64,000 bases of DNA from Histomonas meleagridis 2922-C6/04-290x (GCA_020184695.1 JAANOX010000144.1:248001-312000), one strand, 5' to 3'; counted from the stretch's first letter, positions 1-11,753 are shown. The notes: a model not told the origin generated them from the letters alone. A program made the numbers and translations.

Positions 1-674
1 CAATTTAGTTCCGAATTAACTTATAAGTAAAATAATGTTAATATTTGCAGATTAAAAAAGTAAAAACAAATAGTGTCGTGATGCGTATTCATAATAACAT
101 ATGATATGTTTTTCTTTTCGACAATTAATTAAATTCATGGAATATCTCTTGAATCTTTGGGTATTCTTTTGTCCAATTAATGTCATAATTTTTACATGCT
201 TCATGTTGACACAAGGGATTTAATTATTCTAGAACTCACAATGAAACAATGTTAATGAGAAAGATATTTACAAATTTCTCCGCAAAGTTGAACCAAATGT
301 TTTGAAGGAGAGTTCTCCTATATCTCTTGATTTCAACTGTACTGGTTCTACTGTTGCTGTTGGTCGTAAACTTCAAAACCATTACGGATTTTGCAGGAAA
401 ACTAAGTTTGTACTTCTAATTGTTCATATTATTGAATGCTCATAGAAAGTGTAATTTGGAATGATAAAATTATTGAATTTATAATCGAATTAAAAAAAAA
501 ATATGGATGTTTCATGTCAAATCAAATTATATTGAAGGATTAAATGTATCTGACTGTATAAATGTGTTTGATCAATAAATGCTTTCTTATCCAAGGCAGA
601 AAAATGCCAAATGCAGTGAAACCGTTTAGTTGATTTCAATTTATATATGGTCGACCAATTTTTGAAGATTTTGG

Positions 675-2603
675 ATGTGCGATGTCAACATTTCTGGGCC
701 CCGCGACGTTATAAAGGAATTTCACAAAATAAAAGAAGCTCACTCGATTTCTATTTCTCGATGTTCTCTTTTGGAAATACCTATTTGGATACGTTCTCTT
801 GAAAATTTAAACATACTCGATCTATCATCAAATTCATTTGAATCACTTGACCCACTATGGGAGTCCAACTTGCCATCTTTGCATGAATTGAATTTATCAG
901 CATGTTGGCTTCGAAAACTTCCTTTTGGAATTCCAACGTTTGCTAATTCACTTGAAACATTGATTCTTGATGGGAATTATCTCGGTGAATCCTTTCCAAA
1001 TTTTTCTGTTTTTCACAAATTGAAAACACTTTCTATCATTGGAAATGATTTTATGAACATTCCAATTCTGCCCAAAAATTTACAAAAGTTAATGTTTAGA
1101 TTAAACACATTTTCTACAATTCCCGACTGTACCATTTCAGTCATTGATGCAAGTTATTGCAAAATACGCGGAAAATTAACAATAAATGCACATCAAATCA
1201 CATCTTTGGACTTATCCCATTGCGGTTTGTTTGGACATATTTCGTTCCCTCCGTTACCACTTCTTGACTCATTAAATCTTTCGAACAACTCAATCTCGAG
1301 CATATCATTTGAATCCTCAAGACGACTTACAATGCTTAATCTTTCGTACAATGCCATCTCTGAGTTCCCCTCCTTTCTTTTTAGGTTTCCTATGCTTCGG
1401 CATCTTGAAATTTCACATAATGTAATTCCTGGAATTCCACGAGATCTATCACCTTTGAAGCGTCTTGAGATCCTTGATATATCTCATAACCAACTTATAA
1501 CACCACGTCTCTTATTACCGATTAAACTTCAAACGTTGATTGCGTCATTCAATTATTCCATGGCTTTTGAAGCTTTTCCTTCTTCACTTAAGCACATTGA
1601 TGTCTCCTTTTGTTCCACTGTTGTTATCCCGCCTATATCCCCTTCCATTGAATGGATTGCGGTGTTTTTTGTTTCTGCAATTTACATAAACGAAAAGATG
1701 AAACCGTTAAACGATGAAACTCATCAAAAAACCGCCGATGGAATGCAAAGTGATCTCGAGACTGCTCTTGCTCCAGCATCACTGTTTCGGCCATCGCGTG
1801 TATTTCGTACCAACACCAATTTCCTTAACATCCCCACTCTTATCAATGATAAGTTAAGTGATCATATTGGATGCTCAGCTACATCAGGACATTCGACAAA
1901 GTATGAAGATAACTTCATGAGCATTACCATTGATGATATATCTTATATTGGTGTATTTGATGGTCATGCAGGTCATGAATCTGCATATATTAGTGCCGAA
2001 ACATTTTCAAAATTACTTGGCCCAATAGTCGGAACTGTATTTGATGAGGACACACATATTGTTAAGAAGGCAATGAAGCGTTCTTTTGCTATGGTTAATG
2101 ATGAATTATCACGACGTGCAGTTAAAGATGGTACAACCGCCGTCGTTATGGCTGTAAAAGGACATCGCGTCGTCATTGGTCATGTTGGAGATTCGCTTGC
2201 GCTTCTTGTACGTAGTAATAGCGCGGAATGGCTCACGAGTCCACATCGTCCATATGAACTCATTGAATATAATCGAATGAAGGACCAACAAAAGGCAGTG
2301 ACACCCGATTGGCGCGTCGATGGGAAACTGTGCGTCTCGCGGTCACTCGGCGATTTCTGGTGCTGCGATGGAATGTACGACAAACCTGACGTGGAGGTGA
2401 AAGAATTGCCGAATGACGTCGTGAGCGTTGTGATGGCATGTGACGGTCTGTGGGACTATATAGACATTGGAGCGGTGGCAAACGTCGTACGTAAAATTAA
2501 GGACCCTGTGAAAGCGGCGAAGCTTTTGCAGGACTACGCATTCGCTGCTGGAAGCCACGACTCAATATCAGTGATTGTGGTGAACTTCACTGACGATATA
2601 TAA
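675..2603 (+). CDS. Leucine-rich-repeat protein with C-terminal PP2C (PPM) phosphatase domain (PHLPP-like architecture)
   Basis: N-terminal LxxLxLxxN repeats. Complete PP2C motifs: YEDNF, GVFDGHAG, DGTTA, HVGDS, VSRSLGD, ACDGLWD, GSHDSIS. Confidence 0.9.
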   Translation: MCDVNISGPRDVIKEFHKIKEAHSISISRCSLLEIPIWIRSLENLNILDLSSNSFESLDPLWESNLPSLHELNLSACWLRKLPFGIPTFANSLETLILDGNYLGESFPNFSVFHKLKTLSIIGNDFMNIPILPKNLQKLMFRLNTFSTIPDCTISVIDASYCKIRGKLTINAHQITSLDLSHCGLFGHISFPPLPLLDSLNLSNNSISSISFESSRRLTMLNLSYNAISEFPSFLFRFPMLRHLEISHNVIPGIPRDLSPLKRLEILDISHNQLITPRLLLPIKLQTLIASFNYSMAFEAFPSSLKHIDVSFCSTVVIPPISPSIEWIAVFFVSAIYINEKMKPLNDETHQKTADGMQSDLETALAPASLFRPSRVFRTNTNFLNIPTLINDKLSDHIGCSATSGHSTKYEDNFMSITIDDISYIGVFDGHAGHESAYISAETFSKLLGPIVGTVFDEDTHIVKKAMKRSFAMVNDELSRRAVKDGTTAVVMAVKGHRVVIGHVGDSLALLVRSNSAEWLTSPHRPYELIEYNRMKDQQKAVTPDWRVDGKLCVSRSLGDFWCCDGMYDKPDVEVKELPNDVVSVVMACDGLWDYIDIGAVANVVRKIKDPVKAAKLLQDYAFAAGSHDSISVIVVNFTDDI

Positions 2604-3521
2604 TTTATTTGTAAAAAGTTTTAGAGATTTGAAAATGATTTCGATTTTGGGTTTGTTACAACATTGTCATAGGACTCCACGAGACTGGTGAAGGGTTTGT
2701 GCTGTATATATATTCGAATTATCGAGATTTTTGCTGTTATCTAAAGCTGTTGTGACTTGTTGTTATGTTTCAAGGAGATTCTTTAGGACCAAAAATAAAA
2801 TTATCTCAAAATCTGAAAGAGAATGTAAATTTTTTCTCATAAGCATGCACGAAGTAGTTGAAAGGATAGTCATATAAATTCTTGAAGGAAAATTGAAATT
2901 TTGACAAATTAGTTTAATTTCGCCATTTATTCAGACCTAACCATTTGCGTGGAAATTTTATATTTTTGTATGTGTGATTGCTTTGCTAAAATCAATCAAA
3001 ACTTTTATAAGTAGCATAAGATATTATTTTAAGACATTATAAGGGAAAGAATACGAAATTATTTTGATAAATGTTGTTAACAATTTTCTTTTTTTGGTAT
3101 TTTGGTGATTCATTTGATTTTATAATGAAAGAATTTGAAATGAACAATTACAAATCAATTTTTTTAATATGTTTCCAATGTTTGTATTGCAATTTTCTCA
3201 TTTTGCTGCAGTACGTTATTGTAAATATTGATGAAAGGGTTCAAAGTTTATATTCTGAATCAGCAAAATGGCTTTTCTGGATCTCTAAATTCAATGGCAA
3301 AAAGAAAATTTAAAACTTCGGCCACGGTTGTTTTGAATTCTCTTTCTCAATTTCACAAACCGTTTTTGTTTGTAATGTTATGAAAAACTTGATCGTCAGA
3401 CACAGTTATTATTCAAATTCCAGAAGATAAATGAACCAAGAAATTTTTTCACAAGTTATTAACCGATTCCAATTGAATTTCAAATAATTAAAAGTATTTT
3501 CATGTTTATTGAAGAGACGAA

Positions 3522-4094
3522 CTATAAAGCTGATTCCGAAAGCTGGTTCAATAAATTATGAATTTGGTAAAAGCACAAAGGATCAAATTGGGGATCATTT
3601 TCCTTTTGCTCATCTGTCAAAATATTATTAGTTTCATCAATATTTTTTGGAGTATTAGGCGAATTCTTGGTTATTAACCTTCCACAATAAAAAAAGTCTT
3701 CTTCTGATTTCACATCCAGATTCAATGTTTTTATCTTCCGAATAATTGAATTCCATCTATTTTTGACATTATTAATGGATCTGTTATTAAAACACTTGCA
3801 AATGACAGACCATCTTGGACCTAATATATTATATTTTATAAATAATATATGATCTTCTTCAACTGTCCACGGGGAACGGTTTACATTTGGCGATAAATAG
3901 AATTTCCATCTTTCTCTACATTGTCTGGAACTTCTAGTTTTAATTTTAGATGAAATAAATTCCCAATCCTTTATTCCATATTTTTGAACGAGTTTCATTA
4001 GTTTCTGATCCTCTTCAGCTGAGAATGTTTTCCTCTTTTTCTTGAAAGGTGATTCATTATATAAAACATGTTGTTGAATCTCAGAATATTCCAT
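3522..4094 (-). CDS. R2R3 Myb-like DNA-binding protein
   Basis: Two Myb repeats (FSAEEDQKL...W...RSSRQCRERW; WTVEEDHIL...GPRW...NRSINNVKNRW). First ATG is at 4094; the ORF track starts upstream at a TTG. Confidence 0.88.
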   Translation of the reverse strand: MEYSEIQQHVLYNESPFKKKRKTFSAEEDQKLMKLVQKYGIKDWEFISSKIKTRSSRQCRERWKFYLSPNVNRSPWTVEEDHILFIKYNILGPRWSVICKCFNNRSINNVKNRWNSIIRKIKTLNLDVKSEEDFFYCGRLITKNSPNTPKNIDETNNILTDEQKENDPQFDPLCFYQIHNLLNQLSESAL

Positions 4095-4519
4095 TTTTTG
4101 ACCCAAAGTTGCAATCAGCTTTTTATAATGACCATTTAATTTCAATCAAAGCTGTTTGGGTTTTGTGAGGTGCATTAAAAATTGAGTTGCATAAAACTTT
4201 TTTCCATTCAATATTGACCAGTTGCATTTATTTTCATTCAATTAACTGTATCGTTACAATAACCGTCAAATTTTTATAAAATTTGTTTTCTCCTCTTCAT
4301 TTTGGATTATTACAGCACCAATTCCGTGTCATATTACATCAACAAAGATTTCCTCCCTTAGGCCCTCACCTTCAATATATAAATAAACATTTTTATCCAA
4401 ATTGAACTCTTCTTCTGTTGGAACACATCAAAACAAAAAAATTGTTGGAAGTTCTTAAGAACAGCACAAAGTTCAAACAACGAAATGCGCTTCGAAAAAT
4501 AAAATCAAAATTTCAATGT

Positions 4520-6109
4520 TTAACGTCCCTTTTGCTTAGGTGCAGGTTTGCACTTGACAATTTCATCCACTCTCAATATCTGCTCTGCTGCTTCAGTTGC
4601 AGATATGACTATCTGTCTCTTGACCTTAAAGCTTTCTGTAATTCCCAACTTTTCGACGTCTGCTACGCCTCTTCCGTTAATGTCCAATCCATACGTTGTC
4701 TTGCCTTGTGCGTGAGCAGCTCTAATGTTTGCAACAACTTCCGGCGCGTCCAAACCAGCGTTTTGTGCAAGTATCATTGGGATCTGTCTTAATGCTCTTG
4801 CGAATGCGTCCATAGCAAGTGATACTTTTCCTGGCGTCTTCTTTGCTTCTGTTTCCACAGCATCAGCCATTAATACTTCGCTACAACCTGCGCCTAAGAC
4901 AGTCCTCTTTTCACTCATCATGGATGCAATAACACATAACGCATCATGAATAGAACGGTCTGCTTCATCAAGCATTTGAACAGTGGCACCTCGAAGCACA
5001 ATGGTGCACGTGGCTGGTTCCTTACAACCGGAGAATTTCAATAGTTTATCCTCGCCGATCATAATCGTCTCAACGCAATCGCAATGTCCGAGTTTGACAC
5101 TTTCCGGCGTGTCAAACGTTGAGACAATGTCTCCGCCAGTAACTAAGGCAAGACGCTCAACACCGGCAAAATCTGCTTGCTCAACAGAGTTGATGCCATG
5201 AGAGGTGAAGTATTCCTCGGGGAGGTTGTATATCAGTTGGCGGTTGACAAAAACATTCGGATGATGCGCTGCAATCTTCTCGCATTTGTCAATCATCTTC
5301 TTACGTTCGGCGGTCTCGATCTTGGCGAGTTGATCTGGTGAGTCGGTTTCAATCTTGGCTCCTTGGATTTTGATCTTATCGGCATCCATGGATGTATTTG
5401 CAATGAGAATGTTGGCATTCTCGACTTTGTGTGGTTGTCCAACACCAAACTTGCACTTAAGAATAAGGCCATCAACAAGTTGGCTCTCACGAAGTGCTCC
5501 ACCTTGGATTTTAACAATGGAAATGGCATCAAGACGTGATGGATCACGAAGACGTTCAACTGCTCTGACTGCTATTTCAGCAAATTGATCACGTTCCATG
5601 GCTAAAACTTTGGAGTTAAGTGTGGTAGCTGCAACTTTAAGAAGATCTTCTCTGAATTTGGCTGGATCTGCTTCATTTGTCTTAGCAGACTTTTCTAAAG
5701 CTTCAACAGCAACCTTAGCAGCTGCTCTCCAACCTTGGATAATAGTTTGTGGATGAATACCTTTGTCAACAAGACCTTCAGCTTCATGAAGAAGTTGACC
5801 AGCTAAAACAGCTACTGATGTAGTACCATCACCAACTTCCTTATCTTGAGCTTGAGAAAGTTCAACGATTAAATGAGCTGCAGGGTTATCCACGACGATT
5901 GATTTCAGAATTGTAGCACCATCATTTGTGACGTTAATTGCTTCTTGATGAGAAAGAGATTGAAGGATTTTATCCATACCCTTTGGACCCAAAGTTGTTT
6001 TTACGAGATCTGAAATTGCCATAGCACCTACGAAAGCTGACATACGTGCAATTTCACCACGTTCTTCATCAGCTTGTGAATCTAAAAGCTTCACGCCTGC
6101 TGTTTTCAT
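4520..6109 (-). CDS. CCT2: T-complex protein 1 subunit beta (CCT2)
   Basis: EERGEIARMSAFVGAMAISDLVKTTLGPKGMDKIL, VTNDGATILK and QDKEVGDGTTSV are CCT-beta signatures; 529 aa. Confidence 0.95.
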   Translation of the reverse strand: MKTAGVKLLDSQADEERGEIARMSAFVGAMAISDLVKTTLGPKGMDKILQSLSHQEAINVTNDGATILKSIVVDNPAAHLIVELSQAQDKEVGDGTTSVAVLAGQLLHEAEGLVDKGIHPQTIIQGWRAAAKVAVEALEKSAKTNEADPAKFREDLLKVAATTLNSKVLAMERDQFAEIAVRAVERLRDPSRLDAISIVKIQGGALRESQLVDGLILKCKFGVGQPHKVENANILIANTSMDADKIKIQGAKIETDSPDQLAKIETAERKKMIDKCEKIAAHHPNVFVNRQLIYNLPEEYFTSHGINSVEQADFAGVERLALVTGGDIVSTFDTPESVKLGHCDCVETIMIGEDKLLKFSGCKEPATCTIVLRGATVQMLDEADRSIHDALCVIASMMSEKRTVLGAGCSEVLMADAVETEAKKTPGKVSLAMDAFARALRQIPMILAQNAGLDAPEVVANIRAAHAQGKTTYGLDINGRGVADVEKLGITESFKVKRQIVISATEAAEQILRVDEIVKCKPAPKQKGR

Positions 6110-6224
6110 TTAAAGTGGCCAAATAAAAAAGTGACGCAGAACGTTTATTACTTTTCAAATATAAAAAGTGGCACTAACTTGTTGATAATGTCCCATCACA
6201 TCTTTCGTTTTTTTTTACACATAG

Positions 6225-9089
6225 TTATTTCTGTTTATTATTCAAAGTCCGTATTTCTGAAAACGACCGAACAGACTTTCCACTAAGGAGCTCGTTTATC
6301 TTTGCTCGTACTTGATCTATTAATTGTTTATCATATTCTTTCTTCATCATCGGCATTAATGGTGTTTGTTTGAACAAATAACTAATGAACTCTCGAGATT
6401 CTGGCGCAAAATTAAAGGAACTCATTAACGAATGGGCATACAATGCCAAATCGTTCTTCTCTAGCTCTTTCCCTCTTGTTCGATATATCTCAGTTAGTTT
6501 TGTTCGTGCATTCTTGGAGAGAAGTGAGTTCGCCATCTGTTTTAGAAGAGTTGTTATATCATTATAACCTTTAATATCTTCAAAAGGAGTAAGATTAAGA
6601 GTTAGTTTTGCTGGTGGCTCAAATGAATGGAATGGATCGCATGGGATAACACATTGGTGTTGTCCAAACTTGAAAAGTTCCCAATTATGTTTCTGTAAAA
6701 CTGATGATAAATATGTAGATTGAGCAAATAAAGAAAGAGATGCAATAAGTGTTCCCTTCAAGACATAAGAAGGAGAACTTAATGCAGATTCGAACAATTT
6801 CTCGGCGATATCATTTTCTTTTACAATTTCTATTGTTTCTGGTACAGATGCAAAATGTCCAAGTGCAAAAAATGCTGCTCTTTGTTGTTTTAATGATTTG
6901 CTTTTAATTCTTTCCAATAGGATTGGGATTTTCGGAGTTAGTTTTTCGATTCCTGTAGATGTTTGAGAGACTTGTCCAAAGATATGAGGCGGTGCTTTAG
7001 TGCAGCCGTTAACGTCGATAATAGATGGTTGATGCGTGAACGATACGGAGAGGTTACCCTCAAAAGTGCATTCAACTGCTCTATCGTAAACCTCTAAGTA
7101 CTTAACGTTCCCAGTTTCCATCCACCAATGAATTTCATCGTCAATTGGATAAATCGAAAACGCTACTTTCTTTGAGAGAAGTAATGAATACATAATGTGT
7201 GAGTGCTGACGTAATACATCATGCATTTGTTTGTCTGTTGCTATAGTTAATAATGCTTGATCATCAGTTGTAATGATCTCTCCTAAAAGATTAATGGCTA
7301 ATGGAAGTTTGTCAAGAGCATTGTTGACCGTTAATTCTTTGATGTGAGGCATTAAAAGGCCTCTGAAGCCGCTTAATAGGAAATTTGGCGTCGTTTGTCT
7401 TTTGCGCCTGAGCTCTTCGATAGCTATTTTGTGGATTTCATTGCTGGGAGATGAAAGAAAAGTCCAAAAGACAGGAATTGCTAGATCAGCTTCGGGATAA
7501 AGTTTTAGAAGACCTAATACTGTCTTACATAGTGATATATTAGTGCATTTGGAACCAAGGCTTTGAAGAACTTGATGAAAACCCCAACGAGAAAGTATTG
7601 AGATTCCATTGCCATCTGACAAAAGAGATGTAACACAACATAAAAGAGCCCATTGAGGAGAAGAATTATCAATTGGATTATTGCCTTGTAAAGAAGTAAG
7701 AGTTTGAAGCATTGCTTGTTTGAAGGAAGTATTAGATTCAATTATTGGAACGCCCCATCCTTTTTGCATCAAGAGCTTAATAAGAGCAAATAGGGGTTCA
7801 ATCATAGTAGCGCATTTCCCAGGTGATGTAGATAAAAATGTTCCGCTGAAAAATTGGAAAAGTCGAGAATAAAGCTGCTTAGCCGAGGCTGATTGAGCTT
7901 CGGCATCATTATGAGGTAAAACAACAGTTAAAAGAACAAGGATTTGTGACCAATCCCATAATTTTGTATCTGATGGTAAAGTAAAACCAACAACAGTTGT
8001 AAGCTGATGTGATGACCCAAGTGCTTGTGAAAGGTCAAATAAAAGTGAATTTGGAACATTTGTTGATGATATTGTTGTATTAAATGAATGAGGAGCAAGG
8101 TCAACGCCAAAAACTCCAGAATGACTTGTACATGGAAGGAGCTCATTTAAGAATGAGGCTGCTGTTGTTTTTGTTGATGCAATTTGATTGAGTTTCTCTA
8201 TAAATCCAAGACGAATAAGTGCCGATAGACATAAACCGCTAAAACCGTCGGTGATACTTGTTGTGTTCCCTCCAATCTTAAGAAGGTCTCGAAATATTTT
8301 GATGACAGCATCTGTTTCATGTGGGATACACATTACTAAATCATGAATTGCATCATTTTGTAATCCAAAAGATAATAGTCCTGGCCATGTCCTAAGTAAG
8401 TAAGAAAGTGCTTTACATGATGACTCAAGTTTATCTGATGGTTTGAGCTGAGAAATTGGTGATAAAAGTGGTAGAAGAAAACAATTATCTTTGATGATGG
8501 GAAGTTGCTTCTCAATACCATATGCAATCAAGGATGACATATGTTGGCAACCATATTCAGAGAGGTAACTAACAAGTATTTGAAAAATTTCTGGTATTTC
8601 TTTTATATTATCACAAATTAAGATAGCTTCGCCAAGATATCCAACAATAAGAGACTTAAACGTGTTCCCTTGTTTTTGATATAATGAAACAAGACCTCTG
8701 AGAATAGATGTTGGTAACTCTTTGCGATATCGAAGGAGTAATGAAATGTACCTAAATGAACTATATTTTTCATCATCTATTTTTTGGATTTGTGTTCTTT
8801 GATCTAACGATTGTGCAATCAAATAATCAAAATGATACTTTTTTGTAATTGTTTCTGGAGAAAAAAGTTCGATATTACTACATATTCTGAGGATGCATGA
8901 TCTAATTCCTGTATCTTGAACTGTGTAAATTTTATGTAAATATGATGAAATTGTATCTAAATCAAGCTGAGAAAAAATCAAATTGTCAACATCTTGTTCA
9001 AGTGAAATTAAAGTAGTAAGAAGGTCTGCAGTATTATACTTACTATAAACCAGTTCAAAAAGAGCAGCTTCAAATTCTTTTGCAGACAT
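6225..9089 (-). CDS. RICTOR: RICTOR-like TORC2 subunit (ARM/HEAT helical protein)
   Basis: The motifs YLLRTWPGLL, QQRAAFFALGHFAS and YVLKGTLIASLSLF resemble conserved RICTOR_N and RICTOR_V blocks. Recognised by eye, not by search. Confidence 0.68.
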   Translation of the reverse strand: MSAKEFEAALFELVYSKYNTADLLTTLISLEQDVDNLIFSQLDLDTISSYLHKIYTVQDTGIRSCILRICSNIELFSPETITKKYHFDYLIAQSLDQRTQIQKIDDEKYSSFRYISLLLRYRKELPTSILRGLVSLYQKQGNTFKSLIVGYLGEAILICDNIKEIPEIFQILVSYLSEYGCQHMSSLIAYGIEKQLPIIKDNCFLLPLLSPISQLKPSDKLESSCKALSYLLRTWPGLLSFGLQNDAIHDLVMCIPHETDAVIKIFRDLLKIGGNTTSITDGFSGLCLSALIRLGFIEKLNQIASTKTTAASFLNELLPCTSHSGVFGVDLAPHSFNTTISSTNVPNSLLFDLSQALGSSHQLTTVVGFTLPSDTKLWDWSQILVLLTVVLPHNDAEAQSASAKQLYSRLFQFFSGTFLSTSPGKCATMIEPLFALIKLLMQKGWGVPIIESNTSFKQAMLQTLTSLQGNNPIDNSSPQWALLCCVTSLLSDGNGISILSRWGFHQVLQSLGSKCTNISLCKTVLGLLKLYPEADLAIPVFWTFLSSPSNEIHKIAIEELRRKRQTTPNFLLSGFRGLLMPHIKELTVNNALDKLPLAINLLGEIITTDDQALLTIATDKQMHDVLRQHSHIMYSLLLSKKVAFSIYPIDDEIHWWMETGNVKYLEVYDRAVECTFEGNLSVSFTHQPSIIDVNGCTKAPPHIFGQVSQTSTGIEKLTPKIPILLERIKSKSLKQQRAAFFALGHFASVPETIEIVKENDIAEKLFESALSSPSYVLKGTLIASLSLFAQSTYLSSVLQKHNWELFKFGQHQCVIPCDPFHSFEPPAKLTLNLTPFEDIKGYNDITTLLKQMANSLLSKNARTKLTEIYRTRGKELEKNDLALYAHSLMSSFNFAPESREFISYLFKQTPLMPMMKKEYDKQLIDQVRAKINELLSGKSVRSFSEIRTLNNKQK

Positions 9090-9105
9090 CAGCAGCTTAA
9101 CTTAA

Positions 9106-9114
9106 GGGCACCCC
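9106..9114. promoter_or_regulatory. GGGCACCC(C) motif, 17 nt upstream of the RICTOR ATG
   Basis: GC island in AT-rich DNA that recurs at 15172-15179, 30552-30565, 49603-49611 and 55703-55712. Confidence 0.45.
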
Positions 9115-9497
9115 AATCAAATTTTAGTTTTTTTTGTGTGTTTAGGAAAATAACTAATTTAATTAAATTAATGATAAATATCCCCACATATATGTGTTAT
9201 ACAAATGTGATAACTTCTAGGTTTTTCAAATTTTTTAAATCATAATTTATTCAATTTTGTTTTCAAGATTTTTCATTACTGTTTTAACAAGCATGTGTAA
9301 CCAAGCTGAGAGGAACGTAATATACAACTTTGATTATGGCCTGAGTGTTTGGCTTTTTTTGATTAGTTTTCAGAAAACTTCTGGAAATTCATTAAATCCT
9401 TTCAATTAATCGATTTCAATGTTAACCGTAAATTTTTCTCTCAAAGATTCCCCACAATTGTAGAATTAATTCAAAAAGTAACCTATTTCACATCTTA

Positions 9498-10220
9498 ATG
9501 TCATCAGATCGAGACTCTTTCCTTTTTATGGCTCAACTATATGACCAAACAGAACGCCATCAAGAGATGGTTGACGCAATGAAAAAAGCAATTGAGCTTA
9601 ATCCAGAATTAAATAATGATGAACGCAATCTTCTTTCTATTGCCTATAAGAATGTTGTTGGATCCCGTCGTGATGGCCTCCGTATGATTAATGCCATTGT
9701 TGACCATGAAGAAAGTCGAGGAAACTCAGCACGTGTTGAACAGCTTCAAGCTTATAAAAAGACAATTCTCGAAGAACTCGAAAAGTATTGCAATGAACTT
9801 ATAACTCTTGTTGATCAAAAGCTTCTTCCAGCTGCAAAGACCCCAGAGTCACGTGTATTCTTTGAAAAACTCAAAGCAGATTATTACCGTTATATTTGTG
9901 AAGCAAAACCCGAATCAGAAAAGGACGAGCCTGCTAACAAAGCCAAGGAATGCTATGAGAATGCTATGGAAATTTCAAAGAATGAAATTCCACCAAGTCG
10001 CCCAACGTCCCTTGGTCTTATTCTCAACTATTCTGTTTTCCTTTACGAAATACTTGGGCAAAAGTCAGCAGCTATTGAACTCGCACAAAAAACATATAAT
10101 GAATGTAGTCAAATTGTTGATGAAAATTCAGATAATTCATATTCCGAAGCTACAATGATCTTACAACTTCTTCGTGATAACGTTTCGCTTTGGACACAAG
10201 AAGATAATCAACAAGAATAA
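9498..10220 (+). CDS. 14-3-3 protein
   Basis: ERNLLSIAYKNVVGSRR, KLKADYYRY, LGLILNYSVFLYEIL, ATMILQLLRDNVSLW. Confidence 0.97.
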   Translation: MSSDRDSFLFMAQLYDQTERHQEMVDAMKKAIELNPELNNDERNLLSIAYKNVVGSRRDGLRMINAIVDHEESRGNSARVEQLQAYKKTILEELEKYCNELITLVDQKLLPAAKTPESRVFFEKLKADYYRYICEAKPESEKDEPANKAKECYENAMEISKNEIPPSRPTSLGLILNYSVFLYEILGQKSAAIELAQKTYNECSQIVDENSDNSYSEATMILQLLRDNVSLWTQEDNQQE

Positions 10221-10574
10221 GAAGAATTAACACAGGTGACATGAAACAATAAACACCTCATTTAATCCACTTTTTGGTAGCTATTTAATCGTGTTTTTAC
10301 TTAAACCGAAAATAAACTGGTGGAAAAAAATCGGCAGTATCGGTTCCACTTTTTGAACGTGATTCTATTAAAACCGATCAAAAAATGCTGCTAATTTTTT
10401 ACAACCAGTTTACAGTTTTTTTGTTCTCAAAAACATAATGAATAGTCAAAAAATTATATTTTTCAATTATCGCTGATATTATAAAAAATAAAATTATCCA
10501 GAGCCATGTTGTCATGTACTATTTTGGTTGACATTTTTTACAAGTCGCTTTACAACATTATTTTTACATGTCCT

Positions 10575-11373
10575 TCAATGAATATATTTCTTCAAAAGTA
10601 AAATATCACAATGTATTTTGTGACTTTGATGATTTTTATAAGTTTGCGTGCTGATGATAACTTTTGTTTTGATATTTTCCTTTTTATTGTCTTCTTTATA
10701 CACTTGAAATTTGAGTTGGTTTTGTTCATCTGTAAAACTACTTTCATGATTTATCGAAAGCCAAGAAGTGACATTCAGAGAAGAAGATTCTGAATTAGAA
10801 TTTTTATATGTACTTTTTTCTAGAAGCAAATTTACAATTAAGTTATAACCTTTTTGTTGTGAGATTTGAATTGCTGTATAATAATATTAAAACATATTTT
10901 AAATTATTCAAATGAATATATTTTGCATTAACATCAATTCCTTTATCTAAAAGTAATTTTATTATTTCTATATTATTATTTTTAACTGCTATATGAAGTG
11001 CTGTTTCAAATTATTAAAACATATTTTAAATTGTTAAAACATATATTAAATTATGAAAACATATTTTAAATTATTCAAATAAATGGTTTTTGCATTAACA
11101 TCAATTCCTTTTTGATCTAAAACATATTTCACAGGTTCAATATTTGCTGATTCTGAAGCAAATGGCAAAATATTTTTTGGAATTTGATTTTTTTGAAGGA
11201 AATACTTGGCTAGATATAAATTTCCATTTCTTGCTGATGCATGCAATAATATTAAATGTATTGGGAAAATTTGTATCGAATACTTTCACTGTGTCTTGAA
11301 CCTTTGCCAGAAAATTTTCTTCCGTTAAACCAAATATAAGCCTTTCAAGTTCAATCATATTTGAAATAGTCAT
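10575..11373 (-). pseudogene. Internally deleted, frameshifted ankyrin-repeat gene with 17-nt-spacer hairpins
   Basis: The N-terminus (IELERLIFGL...FPNTFNI) is joined out of frame to ASARNGNLYL near 11250. About 290 codons present in the paralog at 54570 are missing. Two hairpin inserts (11005-11084, 10878-10917). Removing six 17-mers makes 11246 to 10575 one open frame of 190 codons. Confidence 0.7.
10878..11084 (-). other. Two 17-nt spacer / single-codon arrays (80 nt and 40 nt)
   Basis: 80 nt = 4 x (17+3) giving T-K-N-K-E-T-A-L. 40 nt = 2 x (17+3) giving Y-K-Y-T-A-I. Most spacers match ATATGTTTTAATAATTT. Confidence 0.75.
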
Positions 11374-11753
11374 GATTGAATGTTTGAAATTTTTATAATT
11401 TGGCGTTTCACAATCAACTATTGTTTCCACATACCGCCATCGAAACATTGCATATCAAAATCTTGAGCAATTGCAGCCATTATATATGCATTGAGTCTCC
11501 TGACATAGATTCTGCCATATTCTTTTTTATGGGCGTCGATATTTTTTTGGTTATTTTTTGATATTCCTTTGAGTGGTGTTAAGATATTAAAAGTTAAATA
11601 TCCGAATAGTAAAATATATAATATGTTATTTAACTATATCACAATCATCTTTATGAACTCCACACGAAAATGGAAATTAGAAGCTAATAATTAGAAGCTG
11701 TAAGTTCTAAGCTATTACAAGATATACATATCTGAGCACATCATACAGCTTCA

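Noticed and set aside
139-674. Coding-like sequence upstream of the LRR-PP2C gene
   Set aside because: It is broken by stops in all frames, has no recognisable domain and no 17-nt spacer pattern; I cannot support it as an exon.
3071-3313. Short AT-rich ORFs (3071-3313, 21308-21568, 38440-38736, 46269-46466, 61583-61774) and the many antisense ORFs inside real genes
   Set aside because: F/I/L/N/K-biased translations of AT-rich DNA, or shadow frames of known CDSs.
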